Shown piece by piece: positions 36,985 through 46,267 of a DNA stretch of 64,000 nucleotides. Each line of letters begins with the position of its first letter. The first letter of the stretch is position 1. The stretch is from assembly GCA_963770895.1 (NCBI GenBank), contig CAVYRF010000001.1, positions 480,001 to 544,000 of the forward strand, written 5' to 3'. The translations under genes and the position numbers were made by a program. The notes under the pieces are model-generated. The model made no database searches, had not been told where the DNA came from, and was given only the letters and a program-made list of their open reading frames with translations. The stretch comes from an uncultured Acidobacteriota bacterium. GTDB lineage: Bacteria > Acidobacteriota > Thermoanaerobaculia > Multivoradales > UBA5704.

Positions 36985-38613
36985 TCAGACCGCGGGTGCA
37001 CCGGCCTTTTCCTCGAGGCGCTTGCGCCTGGTCAGCAGGAATGCCTCGAAATCCAGCCCTGGTTGATGACGGGCACGCTCCAGGTATAAATGAATGCCGC
37101 GCAGCTGCTCCAGGTTGATCGTTTCTGCTTCCAACCCCTGGGAGAAGAGCCGTAGTGCGGCCAACGCTTCCCGGTGGACTCTTTGCGAGTGGAAGATGCG
37201 GATCATCGATCGCGCCAGCTCTCGGGCTTCGCCGACGCGGCCTTCTTCCAGGTAGAGGATTGCCAGCTCGATCGATACCAGCGCCGTCTCGTAGCTGTTG
37301 TTGCTGGTGGTGAATTCGGCGCGAACCCGTTCCAGGGCGTCGATCGCGTCTTGCCGCTCCCCCTTGCCGGCGGCGACGTGCGCCCTGAGCCACAGCAACC
37401 GCAGAAGGTCCAGACGGTTGTCCAGCTCCACCGCCGGCTGGCTCATGCCGGACAGGCGGGACTCCGCTTCCTGATAGCGGCCCAGGCGACACAGGCAGGT
37501 GATCTGGTTGTACCGCACCGACCAGCGCAGGCGTGGATCGGTGCCTACCTCGACCAGCGGCGCCGCTTCGTCCAGAGCGCCCAGCGCGGCTTCCGTTTCG
37601 TCGATCAGTACCAGCACGGTCGCCTTTTTGACCAGGATCCGCCCCGCTGCTTCCGGCGGTGCAAGCTGGCGGGCACGCTCCAGCAACGCCAAGGCAGTGG
37701 ACCACTGCCGTTGATCCCGTCGCAGAGAAGCTTCCAGATCGGACAGGCGCCATTCTTCAACCTCGCCGTTGCCGGCCTCAGCCCCTTGGTCCCAAAGCTT
37801 GCCTGCGGTGGCGAAGGCCTGATCCGCCGCGGGCAGGTTGCCGCCCACCCGGCGCGCGTTGCCGACGAAGGCCCAGGCGTAGCCCTGAAGGCGGGCGAGC
37901 CAGCCGGGCTCACCCAGCGCCAGTTGGGCGGCACGCAGGCCCAGAGTGGCAAGCTCCAGCGCTTCGGCGGCGCTGCGGGCCGCCGCTCTCTCGCTTTCCT
38001 CGCAAAATCGCACGCTCATGGCCCAGGTCTGCAGGTGGAAGCCGTGCTCCAGGAGCAGGCGCCTTTCGGCCGGGGTGCGGGATTTCAGGGCTTGCCAGTT
38101 GCTGTCGGCATCCTGCCGCTCGGCTTGGGCGCGATGGGCTTGCACCAGCCTGGCGGTGTGGCCCTGCAGGACCTCGCTGAGGATGCGGGTCATGCGCATC
38201 ACGAAGGCGTTGGTCAGGCGCTGCTCGGCGGGTGTCGGGGCGAACGGGTCGGCGCCGGGGTCGGCGGCTTGTGCCGCCTGTGCTGCTGTGCCCCGCGGGG
38301 CGCCGGTGACTGGCGGGGCGCCGGGGCCTTGCGGGGCGGTGGCTGGCCGGCGGTCCGGCGCGTCTCCGGTGTTGAGCGCGTAGAGCAGCGACACCAGGCC
38401 GATCACCAGCTCGCTGGCGCCGTCGTCGGTGCCCATGACGGCGGCCAGTTGGTTCAGGCGTTCGCGGGTGAGGCGGATCTTGCCGCTCTCATATTGGGAG
38501 AGCTGGCTGGTGACGACGCCGCTGGCCTTGGCGAGGTCCGTCTGCGTCCATCCTCGGACCAGGCGGAGGAGGGTCAGGGAAAGGCCCAGGGGAGGCGGGA
38601 TCGAGCGTGCCAT
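36985..38613 (-). CDS. XRE-HTH plus TPR-repeat regulator, copy 2
   Basis: LRLVRGWTQTDLAKASGVVTSQLSQYESG HTH; colinear paralogue of 34921-36429 (CEESER, AWAFVGNARRVGG, DLEASLRRDQR, FHSQRVHREALAAL). Confidence 0.88.
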   Translation of the reverse strand: MARSIPPPLGLSLTLLRLVRGWTQTDLAKASGVVTSQLSQYESGKIRLTRERLNQLAAVMGTDDGASELVIGLVSLLYALNTGDAPDRRPATAPQGPGAPPVTGAPRGTAAQAAQAADPGADPFAPTPAEQRLTNAFVMRMTRILSEVLQGHTARLVQAHRAQAERQDADSNWQALKSRTPAERRLLLEHGFHLQTWAMSVRFCEESERAAARSAAEALELATLGLRAAQLALGEPGWLARLQGYAWAFVGNARRVGGNLPAADQAFATAGKLWDQGAEAGNGEVEEWRLSDLEASLRRDQRQWSTALALLERARQLAPPEAAGRILVKKATVLVLIDETEAALGALDEAAPLVEVGTDPRLRWSVRYNQITCLCRLGRYQEAESRLSGMSQPAVELDNRLDLLRLLWLRAHVAAGKGERQDAIDALERVRAEFTTSNNSYETALVSIELAILYLEEGRVGEARELARSMIRIFHSQRVHREALAALRLFSQGLEAETINLEQLRGIHLYLERARHQPGLDFEAFLLTRRKRLEEKAGAPAV

Positions 38614-38865
38614 GCTCAGGGCCTGGTTGCGCCCGGACCTGCAAGGCAGGACGTCGAGCCGAACAAAGGTCTGGTCATAGGCGCTAATACTACCCTACTT
38701 CAGGAATTTTTTCACATCTGCTACACAGCGTTGCCTGCCCCCCGTAACGGCCTGGCGCGACTTGTTGCGCCGGCCGGCCACCCGTAAGAAATCCACCGCT
38801 GGCGCGTGTAGGGAATAGAGGCAGCACGCAGGCGGGCAGGCAGGGTGGCGGCCCAGGAGGGTCCG

Positions 38866-41286
38866 ATGGCTTCGTTCTGGCGCGATATCCGGTTCGGTGG
38901 GCGCATTCTGGCCAAGGCGCCGGGGCATACGGCGGCGGCGGTGATCGCGCTCAGTCTCGGCATCGGGTTGACGACGGCGACGTTCAGCATCGTGTACGGG
39001 ATCTTGTGGAGCGGCCTGCCGTATCCGCATGCGGAGCGGCTGATGAAGGTGGACAGCCAGAACCCGTCGCACGACCAGACGTTCCAGCCGGTGGACGTGC
39101 ACGACTACCTGGACTGGTGCCGGCGCCAGCGGTCTTTCGAGGGGCTGGCCGGCAGCAACAGCACCACCGTGACGATGAGCGGCAAGGAGCGGCCCGAGCG
39201 GCTGGACGGCGCCTGGATCACCGCCAACGGCCTGCAGCTGCTGGGCATCAAGCCGCTGCTCGGGCGCGGCTTTCAGGCCGGCGAGGACCGGCCTGGGGCG
39301 ACGCCGGTGGTGCTGCTGGGCTACCAGCTATGGCAGAACCGCTTTGGCGGCGATCCCAAGGTGATCGGCAGGGCGGTGCGGGTCAACGGCCGCGCGACGA
39401 CGGTCGTCGGCATCATGCCGCCGGCGTTCCGGTTCCCGGACAACGAGCAGCTGTGGCTGCCGCTGGAGCTGGACGCGGGGCGCAGCGAGCGCGGCAAGGG
39501 CGATCCGATCCAGGTGTTCGGGCGGCTGCGGCCCGGGGTGACGCGGGACCAGGCGGATGCGGAGATGGCGGCCATCGCGCAGTCGCTGGCCAGGGAGTTC
39601 CCGCGCACCAACCGCGGACTGACGGCGTCGGTGGGGCCGCTGGCCGAGCGGCACCTGGACGATGGCACCCACTACCTGCTGTACAGCATGCTGGGGGCGG
39701 TCGGCTGCGTGCTGCTGATCGCCTGCATCAACGTCGCCAGCCTGATCATGTCGCGCGCCACCCAGCGCACGCGCGAGATGGCCTTGCGTGCGGCGCTGGG
39801 GGCGTCGCGCCGGCAGGTGATCCTGCAGGTGCTGACCGAAAGCCTGATCCTGGCGCTTTTGGCGAGCGGCGTCGGGCTCGGCCTGGCGTGGGCGGGCATC
39901 GTCTCGTTCAACCGCGCCATCCAGGTGGCCAATCCGCCGACGTGGCTGCACATCGCGTTCGACCTGCCGGCGCTGCTGTGCGCGCTGGCGGCGACCTTGG
40001 CGGCGGCGGTGGTGTCGGGGCTGGTGCCGGCGCTGCAGGTGTCGCGGGCGCGGCTCAACGAGGTGCTCAAGGACGAGGGGCGCGGCTCGACCAGCCTGCG
40101 GCTGGGCAGGCTGAGCCGCCTGGTGGTGGTGGCGGAGCTGGCGCTGTCGTGCGTGCTGCTGATCGCCACCGGCATGATGGTCAAGAGCACGGTGCTCGCC
40201 CGCTCCGCCCCGGTCGGCTTCGTCGCCGACCGCGTGCTGACGGTGCGGGTGCCTCTCTTCGAGAGCAACTATCCGCGGCCGCTCGATCGCGGCGCCTTCT
40301 ACCAGCGGCTGCTGGAGCGCCTGCGGACGCTGCCGGGGGTGGAGGCCGCCGGCGCCTCGACCGCGCTGCCCAGCATGTCGTGGAACAGCGAAGCGTACGT
40401 CGTCGACGGCCGCGCCTACGCCAACGAAACCGACTTCCCCGTGGCGCACAGCGACGTGGTGACCGAGGGGACCTTTGCCGCCCTCGGCGTGCGGCTGCTG
40501 GCCGGCCGCGAGTTCGAGCGCCTGGACACGCCGACGTCGCAGCCGGTGGCGCTGGTCAACCAGAGCCTGGCGCGCAAGCTATGGCCGCGCGACAGCCCGC
40601 TGGGCAAGCGCCTGCGGCGCGCCAGGGCCGGGCACGACGAGCCCTGGCGGACGGTGGTCGGCGTGGTGCCGGACCTGCTGATCTACGGCATCGGCGACCG
40701 CCAGCCGGAGGGCTTCTTCCTGCCGGTGACGCAGGTGGGCGCCGAGCGGCTGAGCTACGTCCTGCGCACCCGGCGCGAGCCGCTGTCGCTGGTCGCGGCG
40801 GTGCGCGCCCAGGTGACGGCGCTGGATGCCGACACGCCGATCTACTTCGTCAGGACCATGGAGCAGAACATTGCCCTGGACCACTACTTCACCGACCTGT
40901 TCGGCATCATGTTCGGCATCTTCGGCCTGTGCGCCCTGGTCCTGGCCGCGGTCGGCATCTACGGCGTCATCGCCTTTTCGGTCGAGCGGCGCACGCAGGA
41001 GATCGGCGTGCGCATGGCGCTGGGCGCGCGGCGCGGCGACGTGCTGGCGATGCTGATGCGCCAGGGCGTCGTGCAGCTGGGCATGGGGCTGGCGCTGGGC
41101 CTGCCGCTGGCCTTCGCCTTTTCGCGCCTGCTGGCCCAGTCGCTCTTCCGCGTCCAGCCCGGCGATCCCGCGGTCTTCACGGCGGTGACCGCCGGCATGT
41201 CCACGGTCGCCCTGCTCGCCTGCCTGCTGCCCGGCCAGCGGGCTACCGAGATCGATCCCAACGTGGCGTTGCGCTCCGACGTCTAG
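38866..41286 (+). CDS. ADOP-family duplicated ABC transporter permease (MacB/FtsX type)
   Basis: DIRFGGRIL...LGIGLTTATFS; two MacB_PCD+FtsX halves (REMALRAALGA, QEIGVRMALGA); ends DPNVALRSD. Confidence 0.92.
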   Translation: MASFWRDIRFGGRILAKAPGHTAAAVIALSLGIGLTTATFSIVYGILWSGLPYPHAERLMKVDSQNPSHDQTFQPVDVHDYLDWCRRQRSFEGLAGSNSTTVTMSGKERPERLDGAWITANGLQLLGIKPLLGRGFQAGEDRPGATPVVLLGYQLWQNRFGGDPKVIGRAVRVNGRATTVVGIMPPAFRFPDNEQLWLPLELDAGRSERGKGDPIQVFGRLRPGVTRDQADAEMAAIAQSLAREFPRTNRGLTASVGPLAERHLDDGTHYLLYSMLGAVGCVLLIACINVASLIMSRATQRTREMALRAALGASRRQVILQVLTESLILALLASGVGLGLAWAGIVSFNRAIQVANPPTWLHIAFDLPALLCALAATLAAAVVSGLVPALQVSRARLNEVLKDEGRGSTSLRLGRLSRLVVVAELALSCVLLIATGMMVKSTVLARSAPVGFVADRVLTVRVPLFESNYPRPLDRGAFYQRLLERLRTLPGVEAAGASTALPSMSWNSEAYVVDGRAYANETDFPVAHSDVVTEGTFAALGVRLLAGREFERLDTPTSQPVALVNQSLARKLWPRDSPLGKRLRRARAGHDEPWRTVVGVVPDLLIYGIGDRQPEGFFLPVTQVGAERLSYVLRTRREPLSLVAAVRAQVTALDADTPIYFVRTMEQNIALDHYFTDLFGIMFGIFGLCALVLAAVGIYGVIAFSVERRTQEIGVRMALGARRGDVLAMLMRQGVVQLGMGLALGLPLAFAFSRLLAQSLFRVQPGDPAVFTAVTAGMSTVALLACLLPGQRATEIDPNVALRSDV

Positions 41287-43829
41287 GTGGCTGGGGGGCT
41301 GACCAGCGACAGGGCTTGCTCCAGCAGCTCGTCGCGGCCGGCGGCGAGGCCGGCGCGGGTGGGCTCGCTGGGAACGGTGGGCTCGACGGCGCGGCCGGCG
41401 GGGAGGGCGTCGGCGGCGGGGAGGGCGCCGGTCCAGATGAGGGTGAGGCCGCCGGGCAGGGGAGCGGTGTCCAGGCTGCCGGTGGCGCCGGCGGTGGCGG
41501 CGCCGACGATCGGCCCCAGGTGCAGCTCGGCGGCGGCGGCCAGAAAGGCTTCCGCCAGGCCGGAGTCGCGGGCGCTGGCGATGAAGGCCAGGCGGCCGCC
41601 GACGTGGGGGGCGGTCGGCGCGATGGGCGTGGCGCTCGGCGAGTAGGTGACGCCGGCGCGGTCCGGCAGAGTCCAATGCGGCACCTGCTCGCGGCGCACC
41701 GCGGCCGGCGCGGTGACCAGGTGGCCCAGCAGCGTGTCGGTGGAGCGCACGTAGCCGCGCAGATCGAAGACGACGCCGGCGGCCCGCGCCAGCCGCGGCA
41801 GGGCCTCTTGCAGCGCCTTGTCGGTGAGGTGCGCCAGGTCGACGACCAACACCCCCGGTTTGACCTCGCGCACGGCGTCGTGCGCCGGCGACGATTCCGC
41901 CTGGCCGATGGCGACGGAGTGCGGCACCGCCAGGTCGCGCGGGGCGGGCGTCTTGGCGGCGGCGGTGCCGGTGGCGCCGCCGGCGGTGGCGCTCGGCGGG
42001 GCGGCGCTGGCGACCTGCAGGCGCAGGGGGTCGCCCGGCGGCCCCAGGGAGAGGCGGGAAAGGGCCTGCCAGCGGCGCCATTGCGGCGTCGCGGCGGCCA
42101 CCTGCCGCTCGGCGGCGGCGAGCGCGATGGCGGTGGGACGGCCGGCGATCTGCAGCACGGCGTCGCCCGCATGCAGGCCCAGGTCCGCTGGCTTGGGTGC
42201 GACTTCGGTGACCACCAGCTGCTGGCCGATCCAGGCCCAATCGAGCGGCAGCCGCTGCAGGTGGGCTTCGCCGGCGGCGGCCAGCACCGCCTGGCCGTCG
42301 CCGGTCACCGCCAGCATGCGGCGCAGCACGGTGAGCAGGGCGGCGTCGTCGGCGGTGACGGCGGCGTCGCGCAGCGCCTGCGGCAGCGCTTCCTGCCAGC
42401 GGCGGTCGCCCGGCGGCAGGCCCGGGTGGAAGTGCTGCAGGACGTTCCAGGCCAGCGCCACGGTGGCCAGGCGGCCTTCGCGGCCGGCGAGCGAAAAGGC
42501 GGGCTGCGGCGGGGCGGCGGTCGCGGCGCCTGTGGCGGCCGCGGTGGTCGTGGCGCCTGCCGTGGTCGCCGCGGCGTGCGGCAGGGTGCCGGCGCTGTCG
42601 GCGTAGAGCGCCGTCGGCACGGCGACGGCCGCGCCGCCGCCCAGGTCGGCCCGGAAGAGGGCCGGGGGCGCCGGCGGTTGGTCGTCGCCGGGTGGGCGCG
42701 CAGCCGCCGGCTCGCGCAGGATCGTGCTGGTGAAGAGCGACCGCCGCCCGGCGCCGCCCAGGCCGATGTGACTCCACCGCACCACCGACAAGGCGCTCGG
42801 AGAGACGCCCGGCGGCTGGCCGCTGTCCACGGCGGGCGGCGGCGAGCCGGCCGCGTAGACCCGCAGGGTGGGCGCCAGCGGCGCGAACAGCGATTGCAGC
42901 GCCGCGGCCAGCGCCGTGCCGTCGCGCGGTGACCTGGCGCCGGCGCCGCCGCCGGCAGTGCCGGTGCTGCCGGCCGCGGCGGCGCTGGCGGGCGCCGGGT
43001 CCAAGGCGGCGACGGCGGCGGCGGCGAAGGCGCCCCAATCGGCCTGGGCCACCTGGTCGCTGGGATGGAAGTAGCGCACGTAGCCGAGCAGGCGGGTGAA
43101 GGCGACCAGGTTGGCCAGCGAGCCCTCGGTCAGAGGCCGCGGCGCCTGCCCGGCGGCGGCGGGGCCCAGGTCGTCGAAGGTGGCGGCGTCGATCCAGGCC
43201 ACGCCCTCGCCGGTGACGTGCAGGCCGATGCCGATGGCCTGGGCGTCGGCGGCCACGTCGCCGGTGACTTCGTAGAGGCGCCAGCGTTCGCTGGTGATCG
43301 GCCGGTCGGCCATGCCGGCAAGGGTGCCGGTCTTGCTGGCCGGCCGCTCGATGCCCAGCCACAGCTCGGCGCGGCTGGCGCCTTCGACGCGCACCGCGGC
43401 GCGGAACCGCACGCGCCGACCGCGCCAGGCGCCGGCGGCGAAGCGCTGCACCAGGAGGCCGGTGCCGTCGGCGCCGAAAGCATAGGTGTTGATCTTGGCG
43501 CACAGGCGGCCCTGGTAGGGCTGGTCGTCGCTCAGCACGACGCCGAAGCCGGCATTGCGCGATTCCGTCGTCATCGTCCAGCCGGCGGGGGAGCCCCCGG
43601 CTTCCCCCTGCTCAAAGTCGAGATCGACCGGCGCCGCCGGCAGCGGCTTGGGGGCGGCGGCCGGCGCCGGTGCCTTGGCAGCCGTGGCAGGCGGCGATGC
43701 CGGCGGCGGGGCCGGCGCGGCGCTCGCGGATGGGTCGGCTGGCGCTGCCGGCGCTGCGGGCGCGGCGGGGGCACAGATCGCCAGCGCGGCGCACAGCACT
43801 AGAACCAGGCTCCCAGGCGAGCGCTTCAT
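41283..43829 (-). CDS. Secreted S41-family peptidase-like protein with N-terminal carbohydrate-binding-like domain and PDZ-like domain
   Basis: Signal peptide, LDFEQG, LLGYVRYFHPSD, WNVLQHFHP, VFDLRGY, IVGAATAG, GRDELLEQAL. Confidence 0.78.
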   Translation of the reverse strand: MKRSPGSLVLVLCAALAICAPAAPAAPAAPADPSASAAPAPPPASPPATAAKAPAPAAAPKPLPAAPVDLDFEQGEAGGSPAGWTMTTESRNAGFGVVLSDDQPYQGRLCAKINTYAFGADGTGLLVQRFAAGAWRGRRVRFRAAVRVEGASRAELWLGIERPASKTGTLAGMADRPITSERWRLYEVTGDVAADAQAIGIGLHVTGEGVAWIDAATFDDLGPAAAGQAPRPLTEGSLANLVAFTRLLGYVRYFHPSDQVAQADWGAFAAAAVAALDPAPASAAAAGSTGTAGGGAGARSPRDGTALAAALQSLFAPLAPTLRVYAAGSPPPAVDSGQPPGVSPSALSVVRWSHIGLGGAGRRSLFTSTILREPAAARPPGDDQPPAPPALFRADLGGGAAVAVPTALYADSAGTLPHAAATTAGATTTAAATGAATAAPPQPAFSLAGREGRLATVALAWNVLQHFHPGLPPGDRRWQEALPQALRDAAVTADDAALLTVLRRMLAVTGDGQAVLAAAGEAHLQRLPLDWAWIGQQLVVTEVAPKPADLGLHAGDAVLQIAGRPTAIALAAAERQVAAATPQWRRWQALSRLSLGPPGDPLRLQVASAAPPSATAGGATGTAAAKTPAPRDLAVPHSVAIGQAESSPAHDAVREVKPGVLVVDLAHLTDKALQEALPRLARAAGVVFDLRGYVRSTDTLLGHLVTAPAAVRREQVPHWTLPDRAGVTYSPSATPIAPTAPHVGGRLAFIASARDSGLAEAFLAAAAELHLGPIVGAATAGATGSLDTAPLPGGLTLIWTGALPAADALPAGRAVEPTVPSEPTRAGLAAGRDELLEQALSLVSPPAT

Positions 43830-44013
43830 CGGGGATTCTCCTTGCATGCGTGCCCGACCGCCTGACCGATCGCGCTCTCGACCACGTTGCCGGCGATCGT
43901 GGCACCATGGAGATGCTTTGAGCACGCGCGCCCGAGTGTACCCGAAGCCCCGGTGCCCGCGGCGGCGGATCGAGAATGGAGAATAATCACCCCAGACCTG
44001 CCGGCGACGCCGC

Positions 44014-45081
44014 ATGCGATCCAACCTGCTCATCTACGGAGTGACCGGCTACCTGGGCGGGCTGATCTCGCGCCTGGCCGCGGCGGCGGGGCTGCCGCAC
44101 GTGGCCGCCGGCCGCGACCTGGAGCGGGTGCAGGCGCACGCCGACCGGCTGCTGCTGCCGGCGCGCGCCTTTTCGCTCACCGACCCGGCCAAGGTGGAGC
44201 GCGGCCTGGCCGGCGCCGCGGTGGTGCTCAACGCGGCGGCGCCGTTTGCCGAGACCGCCCTGCCCCTGGCCGAAGCCTGCCTGCGCGGCGGCGTCCACTA
44301 CCTGGATCTGGCCGACGCCTTCGACGACCTGGAGGCCATGCGCCAGCTCGACGCCCGCGGCCGCGAAGCAGGAGTCATGCTGCTGCCCGGCGCCGGCTTT
44401 GCCGTCGTGCCGACGGATGCGCTGGCGGCGCGCCTGCGGCGGCGGCTGCCGTCGGCGGTGCGCCTGCGCGTCGCCTGCGAAGCCACGGGCGCCCTGTCGC
44501 GCGGAGCCCTGGCGGCGCTGCTGGACAGAACCCACCGCCAGGGCCGCCGCCGCCGTCAGGGGGAGCTGGTGGATGCCTGGGCGGGCGACCAGGTGCGCCG
44601 CATCGACCTGGGCGCCGGTCCTCGCCTGGCGGTGACCGACGCCTGGCGCGGCGACCTGGTGAGCGCCTACTGGAGCGCGGTGTTTTCCGACATCGACACC
44701 TACGCGGTCCATCCCCCGGCGCTGCGCCGCCTGATCGTCGCCGCGCGGCCCGGCGCCGCGTGGCGCCTGCTGGGCGGCGGCGCCGCGCTGGCGCTGCTGC
44801 GCCGCATGGTCCGCTGGCTACCCCCCGGACCCGACGAAGCCGCCCTGGCCGCCGGCGCCACCCGCATCTGGGCCGAAGCCGAAGACGCCCACGGCAACCG
44901 CATCGAAGCCCGCCTGAAGGGCCCGCACTCCTACCTGTTCACCGCCCGCGCTGCCCTGTGGATCGCCCAGCGCGTCCTGGCCGGCCGCCTGCGCGTCGGC
45001 TTTCAAACCCCCGCCACCGCCTACGGCCCCGACCTGCTCGACCGCCTGGTCGAAGAGATCGAAGACGTCGCGCTGATCTGA
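44014..45081 (+). CDS. Saccharopine dehydrogenase-like/trans-acting enoyl reductase family oxidoreductase
   Basis: IYGVTGYLG, AGRD, HYLDL, GAGFAVVPTD and GFQTPA motifs. Confidence 0.85.
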   Translation: MRSNLLIYGVTGYLGGLISRLAAAAGLPHVAAGRDLERVQAHADRLLLPARAFSLTDPAKVERGLAGAAVVLNAAAPFAETALPLAEACLRGGVHYLDLADAFDDLEAMRQLDARGREAGVMLLPGAGFAVVPTDALAARLRRRLPSAVRLRVACEATGALSRGALAALLDRTHRQGRRRRQGELVDAWAGDQVRRIDLGAGPRLAVTDAWRGDLVSAYWSAVFSDIDTYAVHPPALRRLIVAARPGAAWRLLGGGAALALLRRMVRWLPPGPDEAALAAGATRIWAEAEDAHGNRIEARLKGPHSYLFTARAALWIAQRVLAGRLRVGFQTPATAYGPDLLDRLVEEIEDVALI

Positions 45082-45152
45082 TGGCGACGGCCCCAATGCC
45101 CTACGCTGCCGCTTGCGCCCGAACCAAGCCGGCATGGTGCCGGCGCATGCGA

Positions 45153-45490
45153 TCACACAATCGGAAGCGATCGGACCCTTACCTGGCGATCCTCGATTGT
45201 CACGGCGCAGGGCTGGCCTAAGGCCTCAGCGAGGAAAAAAGAGACTGCCGTCAGGCGTCGGGCGATGACGACGGGATCGCCACTCGTGAGACGAAGAGTA
45301 ATGAGACTGGGGCGGCTTAGGCCTCGTAAGGCGAGGAGAGCCGAAAAGTCGAGGTCCTGGGTAATGATGGTGCGCCTTTCAGCCCGGCAAGGACGAGCAA
45401 CTCCTCATCAGATGCCGTCGCAGGTGCAAGTGTCGAAGCGCGCACGATATCCCAGCCGTCGAAACCAGCGCCGGGAGGCACCTGGCTTTC
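45153..45490 (-). pseudogene. DUF5615 PIN-like toxin pseudogene
   Basis: GWDIVRAS...ASDEELL, frameshift, RTIITQDLDFSALLAL...PSLITLRL...RVRSLPIV*; the N-terminal strand and start codon are missing. Confidence 0.7.
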
Positions 45491-45511
45491 GAACCATCAG
45501 GCGTTTCCGGC

Positions 45512-45742
45512 TCAAGCAGACTCGACGCGATGAATCTGATCGGAAGCCAACCAAGCGGCATATTGCATCGCCTGGCGCACATCCTCTTCTTCCAGCTCAG
45601 GGTAGGCCGCAACCACTTCTGCAACAGATCGCCCCGCCGCAAGTGTCTTGAGGATCACTCCGACGGTGATTCGCATTCCGCGGATCGTGGGCTGTCCGAG
45701 GCAAATGTGGGGGTCGATCGTGATGCGTTCCAACTGCCTCAT
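45512..45742 (-). CDS. DUF433 antitoxin
   Basis: RITIDPHICLGQPTIRGMRITV...YPELEEEDVRQAMQYAA. Confidence 0.9.
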   Translation of the reverse strand: MRQLERITIDPHICLGQPTIRGMRITVGVILKTLAAGRSVAEVVAAYPELEEEDVRQAMQYAAWLASDQIHRVESA

Positions 45743-45829
45743 ACTGCGATGTTAGCATGCACCGCACCTCGCCCATGTCGGGACCGTGATCAACGCGCGG
45801 CGCATCAACGGTTCGGCTCTGGGCGTAAA

Positions 45830-46192
45830 ATGGCCGGGATGAGGCGGTTGACCCCTCTTTGCCGCTGGGTGGCGGCGGTTCTTGTGCTGAGCAGCTTGAG
45901 CCTGCTGTTCGGCACCCCCCTCTGTGACTCCGACAGGTGCCCGATGAGGGCGTCGCAGCGCGCCACGTGCAGGGCGATGGGGCGCGACTGCTGCCAGTCT
46001 CGCGGGGGAGCGCTTTCCCATGCGTCCCCGCAGGCGCCGCGGATCGCGGCGGCGGTCACCCCTGCCTGCACGCCGACCCCGGCGAGCCGGGACGAGCGGA
46101 TTGCGGATGCAGGCTCGTCTTTGCCCGACGCCGCGCCGGCGGTCGTCCAGGGCGTCGGTCTCTTCACGCTCCTCGCCGTCTTCCGCATCTAG
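45830..46192 (+). CDS. Small exported Cys-containing protein upstream of the metal efflux operon
   Basis: Hydrophobic N-terminus, CPM and CC motifs, C-terminal LFTLLAVFRI; this position is typical for metal-efflux leader genes. Confidence 0.55.
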   Translation: MAGMRRLTPLCRWVAAVLVLSSLSLLFGTPLCDSDRCPMRASQRATCRAMGRDCCQSRGGALSHASPQAPRIAAAVTPACTPTPASRDERIADAGSSLPDAAPAVVQGVGLFTLLAVFRI

Positions 46193-46267
46193 GGTCCTTT
46201 TCCCAGGAGAAGTGTGTCCGGCCGGTCCCCGCGTGGGCCGTCCCCCGACTCTTGCGCTGGAGGACTC

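Noticed and set aside
39006-43503. Very long alternative-frame and antisense ORFs (also 5816-8347, 14380-17073, 48798-52292)
   Set aside because: Arg/Ala/Gly/Pro-rich shadow frames expected in high-GC DNA opposite well-supported genes.
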